Source: an uncultured Gammaproteobacteria bacterium (GTDB lineage Bacteria > Patescibacteriota > Microgenomatia > Curtissbacterales > GWA2-41-24). Taken from it: DNA of 64,000 bases. The first letter of the stretch is position 1. The number at the start of each line of letters is the position of its first letter. The notes beneath the pieces are model-generated. The model ran no database searches. It was not told the origin of the DNA and worked only from the letters and a program-made list of their open reading frames with translations. Both the position numbers and the translations under genes were made by a program. Shown here piece by piece: positions 28,376 through 36,527 of this stretch. Where the stretch lies: contig CAYGDE010000001.1 in assembly GCA_964348615.1 (NCBI GenBank), forward strand, positions 9,096 to 73,095, in the 5' to 3' direction.

Positions 28376-29425
28376 ATGGACAACTCCGCCCAATTTGAAG
28401 ATATTGTACTTCTGGAAAATAAGCTAACAGCAGCCAGTGCCCAAATTCCCAAAGATTTATTGGAAAAAGCCAAAGCAATGTGTCAGCGTTTAGTAAGGAT
28501 GGCTCAAGCCCAAGGTTATTCGCAAGAATACGATTCCGTATCTCGCTATTTAGACTGGATTGTCTCTCTGCCTTGGACAAAAAAAAGCCAGGACAATCTT
28601 TCCTTAGAAAATGCTAAAAAAATTCTAGACCAAAACCATTATGGCTTGGAAAACATCAAAGAGAGAATTTTGGAATATATTTCGGTTGCCAACTTAACAG
28701 CATCAACCAAAAAAACAAAAGCGCCCGCACTCTTGCTTCTAGGTCTTGTGGGAACAGGAAAAACTACAATGGCTTATTCTATTGCCCAAGCGCTAGGCAG
28801 AAGCTTCGGCAGAATACCGCTTGGAGGTATGGGAGACGCACTTCAGCTTAGAGGCAAAGCAAGATCCTCGACCGATGCCGAACCAGGCCAAATAATTAAA
28901 ACCTTAAGAAGAGTGGAAAGTAAAAACCCTGTCATTCTGTTGGACGAGTTGGACAGGGTTACCAACGAAGCAAAAGCAGACATCATGGGAGTACTTGTTG
29001 AACTTTTAGACCCAGAGCAAAACAGCAGTTTTTTGGACCATTTCTTAGATTACCCATTCGACCTCTCCGAAGTTTTGTTTATTGCAACTGCCAACAATAC
29101 AGGCGGCATTGCAACCGCCGTCTTAGACCGTTTGGAAGTAATGGAAATGCCAAGTTACACAGATGAGCAAAAGATAGTAATCGGCAAAAACTATCTTCTT
29201 CCAAGAGCGATTGGGGCATGTGGACTAAAAAGTACAGAACTGGTTTTTGATGAAACCGTATGGCAGCAGATTGTAAGGCCTTTGGGTTTTGATGCGGGTA
29301 TGAGAACTTTGGACCGAACTATAAATGGCATTTGCAGAAAAGTTGCAAAGCTTAAATTAGAAGGCAAGGCAACAAGTGTTAAATTAACAGCAGAAAATGT
29401 AAAAGAATACCTGCCCACTTGGTAA
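28376..29425 (+). CDS. Lon-derived AAA+ ATPase module without the N-terminal substrate domain and without the protease domain
   Basis: Colinear with the Lon AAA+ region: YLDWIVSLPW, HYGLENIKERILEYISV, Walker A GLVGTGKTT, Walker B VILLDELDR, LVELLDPEQNSSFLDHFLDYPFDLSEVLFIATAN, VLDRLEVMEMPSYTDEQK. Ends at the point where the Lon peptidase domain would begin. Confidence 0.75.
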   Translation: MDNSAQFEDIVLLENKLTAASAQIPKDLLEKAKAMCQRLVRMAQAQGYSQEYDSVSRYLDWIVSLPWTKKSQDNLSLENAKKILDQNHYGLENIKERILEYISVANLTASTKKTKAPALLLLGLVGTGKTTMAYSIAQALGRSFGRIPLGGMGDALQLRGKARSSTDAEPGQIIKTLRRVESKNPVILLDELDRVTNEAKADIMGVLVELLDPEQNSSFLDHFLDYPFDLSEVLFIATANNTGGIATAVLDRLEVMEMPSYTDEQKIVIGKNYLLPRAIGACGLKSTELVFDETVWQQIVRPLGFDAGMRTLDRTINGICRKVAKLKLEGKATSVKLTAENVKEYLPTW

Positions 29426-29432
29426 TAAGCTT

Positions 29433-29501
29433 ATCTTTAACCTTAGCAACATAATCCATACAATGGACTAGTTGCGCAGGTTAAAGACTTTGTCTTTAAC
29501 C
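29433..29501 (+). promoter_or_regulatory. X-X'-X alternative-hairpin element (TCTTTAACCT ... AGGTTAAAGA-CTTTG-TCTTTAACCT) between the lon-like gene and ftsK
   Basis: One 10-mer occurs twice with its exact reverse complement in between, allowing two mutually exclusive stems; a TATAAT follows immediately. Confidence 0.45.
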
Positions 29502-29555
29502 TATAATAGTTGTAATTTTACTCAAAATAGTGTAAACTAGAAAGACGCTGCCATA

Positions 29556-31664
29556 ATGAGAAGATATAAAAGATCCAGAGTTTCACCCCTCGCCCTAGAA
29601 AAAAAAACTATAACTAACATCATCGGTTTTTCGGCGATTGGGTTTGCGATCCTACTTCTAATTTCTCTTTTTACAAAAGCCGGCGCACTTCTTTCTCTTA
29701 AAAGCTATTTTTACAATCTGTTTGGCGTTGGAATAATTATTATTCCGCTTATCATCGCAACTGCAAGCTTGCCCCTTGTTTCTGTTAAAAACAAATTTAC
29801 TCAGAACAATGTGACAATAGGCGCAGTAGGGTTTTTACTTTCACTAATTGGTCTTATTGGGCTCGGTTCAGAAACTTTTGCTGGTCTTATTGGTGTTTCT
29901 CTTTGGTCCGCAACCAAATCCGCATTAACCACACCAGGCGCATTTTTCTTCCTTTTGGTCTGTCTTCTAATCTCAACAGTAATCACCTTCAACACAAGCG
30001 TCGACCAAGTGGTTGCCGTATTTGGAGCAATTTTTACAAAAATATCAAGTGTTTTAAAAGTAATAAAATCAAAAATATTTTCCGCCAAAAAACACCAACT
30101 GACAACTTCGGGAGTAAACGACAGCGGCTACAGGTCCAGAATGCAAAAAGTAAAATCAGCAGCCACAGACGATGACGGCCTTGGACAAAGCATCGTCATA
30201 AACACTCCCGGCCAAACTCAAATTTGGCAGTACCCACCACTTTCTCTTCTAAACGACACGATAGGTTCGGTTGCTAATCGTGGCAATGTTAAGCAAAATG
30301 CCCAAACTATAGAAAAAACTCTAGAAGCATTTGGTATTCATGCCGAAGTTGCAGAAGTCAACCCAGGGCCCACCGTTACACAGTATGCACTTAAAATTCC
30401 AGTTGGAACCAAACTTTCTAAAATTCTTACCCTCCAAAACGATCTAGCACTAAATTTAGCAACATCAACAGGTAATGTCAGGATCGAAGCACCAATTCCT
30501 GGCAAGTCACTTGTTGGTATAGAAATACCTAACATATCTCCTGAAATTGTTTCTTTAAGAAACGCCCTGTCTTCAGACCAAATGAGAACCAGCAAAAGTA
30601 AAACCGTAGTCGGTCTGGGTCTCGATGTTTCTGGAAACACCATAATTGCCGACATAGCCAAGATGCCCCACTTGTTAATCGCCGGTACTACAGGTTCTGG
30701 AAAATCCGTACTCATGAACGCACTCATTGCGACATTTCTTTTTAGGGCAAGTCCGCAGGAAGTGAAGCTTATTTTGGTAGATCCCAAAAGAGTGGAACTT
30801 TCAGAATATAACGATATTCCCCACCTATTAACACCAGTAATTGTCGAACCAGACAAAATACTTTCCGCCCTTAAATGGGCAATGCAGGAAATGGACAGAC
30901 GCTACAGATCTTTCAAAGAAGCAGGAGTAAGAAATATTGCTGGATACAATGAACTTTCAGGTTTTCAGGCACTTCCGTATATAATCATCATCATAGACGA
31001 ACTGCATTCGCTAATGGAATTTGCGCCGGTTGAAGTAGAAGATGCTGTCGTGCGTCTTGCATCTCTTGCACGGGCGACAGGAATTCATTTAGTAGTTGCA
31101 ACCCAAAGGCCATCTGTCGATGTGATAACTGGTTTAATTAAGGCCAATATTCCAGCAAGGATCGCTTTCAATGTTTCATCTATGATCGACTCAAGAGTCA
31201 TAATCGACCAGCCTGGTGCCGAAAAGTTGCTCGGAAAAGGTGACATGCTTTATGTGCCACCAGATGCTTCAAAACCTATGAGGATTCAAGGCGTTTACGT
31301 TTCAGACAACGAAATTAGAAATCTTATAGATTTCCTCAAAAAATCTGGCTTTTCTCCGGAATATACAGAAGAAGTTACTCAAATGCCTCTTGGAAAAGTT
31401 GGAGGAGCCAAAGGGGGCTCAGATGGTGAAAAAGATGAACTTTTCGAAGAAGCACTCAGAACAGTTTGCCAATACGATCGGGCATCAGCTTCACTTCTTC
31501 AAAGAAGACTGAGAATAGGTTATGCTAGGGCAGCAAGAGTAATTGACGAATTAGAAACAGCTGGTATCATAGGTCCTGGAGAAGGATCTAAACCAAGAGA
31601 TGTTTTGGTAAAAAACGCTGAAGAATATTTACAATCAAATACCCAAAACACTTCACAAGAATAA
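29556..31664 (+). CDS. ftsK: DNA translocase FtsK/SpoIIIE
   Basis: N-terminal TM region; Walker A LLIAGTTGSGKSV; motor domain; C-terminal gamma wHTH (LQRRLRIGYARAARVIDELE). Confidence 0.9.
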   Translation: MRRYKRSRVSPLALEKKTITNIIGFSAIGFAILLLISLFTKAGALLSLKSYFYNLFGVGIIIIPLIIATASLPLVSVKNKFTQNNVTIGAVGFLLSLIGLIGLGSETFAGLIGVSLWSATKSALTTPGAFFFLLVCLLISTVITFNTSVDQVVAVFGAIFTKISSVLKVIKSKIFSAKKHQLTTSGVNDSGYRSRMQKVKSAATDDDGLGQSIVINTPGQTQIWQYPPLSLLNDTIGSVANRGNVKQNAQTIEKTLEAFGIHAEVAEVNPGPTVTQYALKIPVGTKLSKILTLQNDLALNLATSTGNVRIEAPIPGKSLVGIEIPNISPEIVSLRNALSSDQMRTSKSKTVVGLGLDVSGNTIIADIAKMPHLLIAGTTGSGKSVLMNALIATFLFRASPQEVKLILVDPKRVELSEYNDIPHLLTPVIVEPDKILSALKWAMQEMDRRYRSFKEAGVRNIAGYNELSGFQALPYIIIIIDELHSLMEFAPVEVEDAVVRLASLARATGIHLVVATQRPSVDVITGLIKANIPARIAFNVSSMIDSRVIIDQPGAEKLLGKGDMLYVPPDASKPMRIQGVYVSDNEIRNLIDFLKKSGFSPEYTEEVTQMPLGKVGGAKGGSDGEKDELFEEALRTVCQYDRASASLLQRRLRIGYARAARVIDELETAGIIGPGEGSKPRDVLVKNAEEYLQSNTQNTSQE

Positions 31665-31676
31665 ATCACAAAAGTT

Positions 31677-32297
31677 ATGAAAAAATTAGGCGAAATTCTC
31701 AAAGATACGAGAATCTCGAAAAAAATTACACAAGAGGATGTCACAAAAGAACTGCGCATCAAAGCTGATGTCATTCAAGCCTTAGAAGAAGGGGATTGGG
31801 GATCTCTGCCAGAAGCAGCATACGTCAAGGGTTTCATCAAAAATTATTCAGATTTTCTAGGGCTTGATTCCAACAGGCTTCTTGCACTCCACCGAGCAGA
31901 ATACGACGAAAGAAAATACATCCAGCCTCGAAGCAAGCAAAAAAAACGCCTCATGTTTACTCCCAACTTAATTGCACCGCTTACCTTTTCTCTGGCAATT
32001 TTATTGTTTGTTGGCTATTTAGCCATTCAATATACCTCAGTGCTCTCGGCACCAAAGCTAGAAGTCTACTCTCCACAGGATGATATAACAACAACAGCTG
32101 CAGTCATCGAAGTTTCAGGTAAATCCGAAAAAGAAACAACTATTTCCATAGACGGTGAGTTAGTTCCTTTGGACGAATCTGGGGATTTCAACTACCAACT
32201 GAAACTTGCAGATGGTCAAAACATAATCGAAATTGTGGCCTCAAAAAGATTGTCTCCCAAAACCAAAATTAAAAGGCTCGTGCGACTTACAAGATAA
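31677..32297 (+). CDS. RodZ-like cytoskeleton protein (N-terminal HTH, single TM, C-terminal domain)
   Basis: LGEILKDTRISKKITQEDVTKELRIKADVIQALEEGDW...YVKGFIKNYSDFLGLD. Confidence 0.65.
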   Translation: MKKLGEILKDTRISKKITQEDVTKELRIKADVIQALEEGDWGSLPEAAYVKGFIKNYSDFLGLDSNRLLALHRAEYDERKYIQPRSKQKKRLMFTPNLIAPLTFSLAILLFVGYLAIQYTSVLSAPKLEVYSPQDDITTTAAVIEVSGKSEKETTISIDGELVPLDESGDFNYQLKLADGQNIIEIVASKRLSPKTKIKRLVRLTR

Positions 32298-32396
32298 TCC
32301 CAATTGACAAACTCCTCCCAATCGGGTAACTTGGTGAAAGTCAAAAGTCGCAAAAAACTTTACACTTTTTTACTCTGACTTTGACAAAAGCTGTCC

Positions 32397-32672
32397 ATGG
32401 ATACTACGCAAGTTATTCTAATTGCCATCGTAATTGTTCTTGCAATACTTCTTGTTGCAATTGGTGTCCAAGCGTTTTTTGTACTTCGAGATCTTAGGAA
32501 AAGCCTAGTTCGAGCAAATATGGTTTTCGATGAAGTTGAAGATATCGTTGAGCGCATTAAATCTCCAATTGAGACACTAGGATCTGTTGCAACCGGTCTC
32601 ACAACAGGGGTAGGGATTGCCCATTTTTTAAAAAAAATTCACGAAAAAAGCAAGGAGAAGGATGAAAAATAA
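32397..32672 (+). CDS. small membrane-anchored coiled-coil protein (DUF948-like)
   Basis: N-terminal TM followed by a charged helix. Confidence 0.4.
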   Translation: MDTTQVILIAIVIVLAILLVAIGVQAFFVLRDLRKSLVRANMVFDEVEDIVERIKSPIETLGSVATGLTTGVGIAHFLKKIHEKSKEKDEK

Positions 32673-33018
32673 TCACCACAGCGAAAATTGCCAAAAACAC
32701 ACAAATTCACAATCTGGCATATCAAACTTAATCGTCGGAATGGCCATTGGTGCTGCGGTTGTTTACCTTACCAACTCAAAGGACGGCAAAAAGCTTCTTG
32801 AAACCATAAAAGAAGAAGGCGCAAAGCTTCTGGATGAACTTTCCGAAAAGACTGAAGAAGTTAAAGAAGAAATTAAAGTCAAACTTGAAGATCCCCTAAT
32901 TAAAGAAGAAGTCTCTCAAATAGGAAATATGATAGAAAATGTGCCCCCGCAGATCGAAAAACTTCAAAAAAAAGGCCGTCATTTCTTCTTTCACAAACAA
33001 CACTCTCCAGAATCGTAA
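32662..33018 (+). CDS. YtxH-like small protein
   Basis: LIVGMAIGAAVVYLTNSKDGKKLLETIKEEG, a Gly-zipper helix followed by a coiled coil. Confidence 0.4.
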   Translation: MKNNHHSENCQKHTNSQSGISNLIVGMAIGAAVVYLTNSKDGKKLLETIKEEGAKLLDELSEKTEEVKEEIKVKLEDPLIKEEVSQIGNMIENVPPQIEKLQKKGRHFFFHKQHSPES

Positions 33019-33019
33019 T

Positions 33020-33940
33020 CTACTGGCCCAAAAAATAACTATTGGAAACTTCAACAAAATTGTTTTTCATTGTTTGTAAAACGCTTTTTGGTGCACAAAA
33101 GGCAAAAACAGCAGCCGTATCCTCTGCGGAGGCAACAATAGAATCAGAAGAATAAGGGTACATAATAGATTTTGGGTTTTGGTCCAAATGCAAAAGCCCA
33201 AGCGCATGTCCCAATTCATGAGCAAGCGTATGTTCTAGTTCATTTTGGCTTGGGACAAAATATATATAAATAGTTTGAGTACTTGGATCAAAGAGCCCTT
33301 CTTCTGGCCTTCTGGCCAAATCAGCGTTAAACTGTGAAATCTGCGAGTTTAATTTTTCGACATTTAAATTAAACTCAAAAGCCGACAAATTTAATTCTCT
33401 GCCGGCTTGGTTTAACAGCTGCGCCTCGTCCCTTAATGATTTTTGTCTGTCTTGGAGTTTTTGAAATTCGTCTGGCGGCGCCCCACCCTGGGTATTCCAT
33501 TTTGCAATTTCTAAGTTCAACTCATCTACTTTTTTGTTAAATTCAAAAACCTGATTTTCATAAGCTGCCTTTTTTGCTTCCAAATCACCGCTTTTTGTGT
33601 TTAGTTGTCCTTCAAGTTGGTTAATCTGGCTATTTAGCGCTTGTTTTCGGTCGTAGACAAAATCAACTTTTAATTTTGCATCGGGACTATATTCAAAAAG
33701 ATTTTTCCCAGTAGGTTTTTCCCAAATAGTTTCAGCAGCAGATAAATCTTTCCTAACTTGTTCTGCCGACAATTCAAAACGTTTATCAATATCGCCAATA
33801 GAATAAAAAAGCGGCTTATCACAAACCGACTTCTTCCAAAAATTACCATCCGTCAAAAAACCCTCGGAACTTGCACTGGTAAAAAAAAACAAGATAGATC
33901 CCAAAATTAGAGCCAAATAAATAATTTTTCTCATCAACAA
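33020..33940 (-). CDS. secreted metzincin-type zinc metalloprotease (matrixin/M10-like) with a central coiled coil; the ATG at 33934 is the likelier start
   Basis: Signal peptide; HELGHALGLLH (HExxHxxGxxH) and Met-turn SIMYP. Confidence 0.7.
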   Translation of the reverse strand: MLMRKIIYLALILGSILFFFTSASSEGFLTDGNFWKKSVCDKPLFYSIGDIDKRFELSAEQVRKDLSAAETIWEKPTGKNLFEYSPDAKLKVDFVYDRKQALNSQINQLEGQLNTKSGDLEAKKAAYENQVFEFNKKVDELNLEIAKWNTQGGAPPDEFQKLQDRQKSLRDEAQLLNQAGRELNLSAFEFNLNVEKLNSQISQFNADLARRPEEGLFDPSTQTIYIYFVPSQNELEHTLAHELGHALGLLHLDQNPKSIMYPYSSDSIVASAEDTAAVFAFCAPKSVLQTMKNNFVEVSNSYFLGQ

Positions 33941-34017
33941 AAATTATACAATTTTTCCTTATCTTTCCCGAAAAAACAGGAATCTAGAACTAAGCTCAAA
34001 TCTGGATTCTTAACAAG

Positions 34018-35826
34018 TTGAGAATGACAGAAAAAGGAACGATCGATATAATATCAACTATGACATCGAAAGAACTTCGACAAAAGTATTTAAAGTTTTT
34101 TCAAGGCCAAGGACACAAAATAATTCCTTCAGCTTCGCTTGTGCCAAAAGAAGATATAGAGCTTTCGGGAACTCAGAGGGTTTTGTTTACAACCGCGGGT
34201 ATGCATCCACTCGTTCCATACCTTTTAGGCAAAATCCATCCGGAAGGAAAAAGATTGGTAAATGTCCAAAAATGCTTGCGTACAGACGATATCGACGAAG
34301 TAGGCGATAGTGTCCACAACACATTTTTTGAAATGCTTGGTAATTGGTCACTTGGCGACTACTGGAAAGAAGAAGCTATTTCATGGTCTTACGATTTCAT
34401 CATCAACGTTTTAAAACTCGATGCAAAAAGGCTCTATGTTTCTGTCTTTGCTGGTGATGCCGATGCGCCTTTTGATGAAGAATCTGCAGGTATCTGGAAA
34501 AAATTAGGAATGCCCGAAGACCATATCTTCAAGTATGGCAAAGGTGACAACTGGTGGGGACCCGTTGGACCAACCGGTCCATGCGGTCCGGATACAGAAA
34601 TGTTTTACGATCTGGACCCAAAGGGGGAAGGACCAACAGATCCTTCAAAAAACCCAAGGTTTGTAGAATTTTGGAACGATGTTTTTATGCAATACGACAA
34701 GCAAAAAGACGGATCATTTAAAGAACTCAAACAAAGAAATGTCGATACAGGAATGGGGCTTGAAAGAATGTTGTGCATTCTAAACAATGCGAATTCTTCG
34801 TACGAAACAGACGTTTTCCTGCCACTTATGAAAAAAATCGAAGATATTTCATCTGCATACAACGAAAAATCCGCACGTATTGTCGCAGACCATATCCGGG
34901 CATCAGTTTTTTTAATTTCAGACGGAGTCACCCCTTCCAATGTCGAGCGTGGTTATATTCTCAGGCGTCTAATTCGCCGCCTAATTCGCCATGCTGCGCT
35001 GTTAAAAATCGAACAAGACTTTCTAGAAGATCTCACAAAGATTGTTATCAGTACATATGGAGATTTCTATCCGGGTTTGGTTGAGTTCCAAAAATCAATT
35101 TCAAAAGAGTTGAAAAAGGAAGAAGAAAAGTTCAAAAAAGCATTAGTATCAGGAATCCGTCAATTCGAAAAAATCGAAGGTGATATTTCAGGTAAGGCTG
35201 CTTTTGACCTTTATCAAAATTATGGTTTCCCAATCGAACTGACAATTGAGCTTGCAAAAGAAACCGGGAAAGAAGTCGACGTTATCAAGTTTGAACATGA
35301 ATTAAAAGCACACCAAGAACTTTCCCGAAAAGCTGGTGAAAAAACCAAAGGGGGACTAGCAGTCCAAAGTGACAAAGCCGCAAAACTGCACACAGCAACC
35401 CACCTTTTGCACCAAGCACTAAGGGACGTTTTAGGCAACCATGCTCACCAAACAGGTTCGCACATTACAGACGAAAGATTAAGATTCGATTTCACCCACA
35501 GCGAAAAAATGACAGAAGAACAAGTAAGAAAAGTTGAGGAAATTGTTAATCAAAAAATCCAAGACAGCCTGCCAGTTGCAAAAGAAGTGATGCCAAAAGC
35601 GGCAGCAGACGAACTAGGAGCAATTGGTCTATTTGACGAAAAATATGGCGATATGGTTAATATTTATTACATAGGAACATCCCAAAAAGCCCAAGATGCA
35701 TATTCCAAGGAGTTTTGCGGCGGTCCTCATGCCAAAAATACCAAAGATTTACAATCTTTCAAGATAAAAAAAGAAGAATCAGCTGGTTCCGGTATTCGCA
35801 GAATTTATGCTCAAATTGGCGACTAG
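34018..35826 (+). CDS. alaS: alanine--tRNA ligase, short form (catalytic + tRNA-binding + editing domains; no C-Ala domain)
   Basis: FTTAGMHPL, WNDVFMQYD, GMGLERM; editing-site motifs HTATHLLHQALR and CGGPH. Confidence 0.85.
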   Translation: MRMTEKGTIDIISTMTSKELRQKYLKFFQGQGHKIIPSASLVPKEDIELSGTQRVLFTTAGMHPLVPYLLGKIHPEGKRLVNVQKCLRTDDIDEVGDSVHNTFFEMLGNWSLGDYWKEEAISWSYDFIINVLKLDAKRLYVSVFAGDADAPFDEESAGIWKKLGMPEDHIFKYGKGDNWWGPVGPTGPCGPDTEMFYDLDPKGEGPTDPSKNPRFVEFWNDVFMQYDKQKDGSFKELKQRNVDTGMGLERMLCILNNANSSYETDVFLPLMKKIEDISSAYNEKSARIVADHIRASVFLISDGVTPSNVERGYILRRLIRRLIRHAALLKIEQDFLEDLTKIVISTYGDFYPGLVEFQKSISKELKKEEEKFKKALVSGIRQFEKIEGDISGKAAFDLYQNYGFPIELTIELAKETGKEVDVIKFEHELKAHQELSRKAGEKTKGGLAVQSDKAAKLHTATHLLHQALRDVLGNHAHQTGSHITDERLRFDFTHSEKMTEEQVRKVEEIVNQKIQDSLPVAKEVMPKAAADELGAIGLFDEKYGDMVNIYYIGTSQKAQDAYSKEFCGGPHAKNTKDLQSFKIKKEESAGSGIRRIYAQIGD

Positions 35827-35896
35827 ATTGCCTTTATCTTGTAATTCTATTAGAATTAAATTTAAATCTAGCTTAGCTAGTTTAAAGTAAAAAAAT

Positions 35897-36472
35897 ATGG
35901 CTGCCCAAGATCCAAACAACCCACCAGATCCAAATTCCGCAAGCCCAATTGAGCCAGGGCAATTTGTCACAACTGGCGACGGGGGGGTTTTCAAAGAGCC
36001 GCCGCCACCGCAAGTGCCAAATTCTCCAGCACCTCAAACTAATCAGCCAGCACCAAGCCCTCTTCCGCCACCTATGTCCGCACCTTCTGCTCCACAACCC
36101 GGCTTACAATTTGCACAAAGCATTCCTCCTGGCACAACTCCCCAACCCGAAACCCAACCAACCCCTACTCCTTACGTTCCTCCTCAAGCAGCCAATCAAG
36201 AACCTTCAGCTCCGTCATCAACAATCTCGAAGTTAAAAAAATTATTAATAATCCTAGGCTTCCTACTGCTTATTGTCTTAATTGGTGCTCTTGCCTGGTT
36301 TTTTGTTCTTGGCAAGGGTAAATTACCCATAGGTGATAATAAAACCACGCAAGAACCTTCAATTGCCCCGGCGACTCAAACATTTACGCCACCTCCGGTA
36401 AGAACAACTGGCGGTTTCTCAGAGCTTCCTCCTGCAACAGGAGAAGCAGAAGCCACACCTTCTGGTCAGTAG
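35897..36472 (+). CDS. proline-rich membrane protein (single central TM)
   Basis: PxxP-rich low complexity; LLIILGFLLLIVLIGALAWFFVL. Confidence 0.5.
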   Translation: MAAQDPNNPPDPNSASPIEPGQFVTTGDGGVFKEPPPPQVPNSPAPQTNQPAPSPLPPPMSAPSAPQPGLQFAQSIPPGTTPQPETQPTPTPYVPPQAANQEPSAPSSTISKLKKLLIILGFLLLIVLIGALAWFFVLGKGKLPIGDNKTTQEPSIAPATQTFTPPPVRTTGGFSELPPATGEAEATPSGQ

Positions 36473-36527
36473 ATTACCTTTGATAATATGTGCTATGTAT
36501 ATAGTAAAAATTTCCATATAAAACCCT

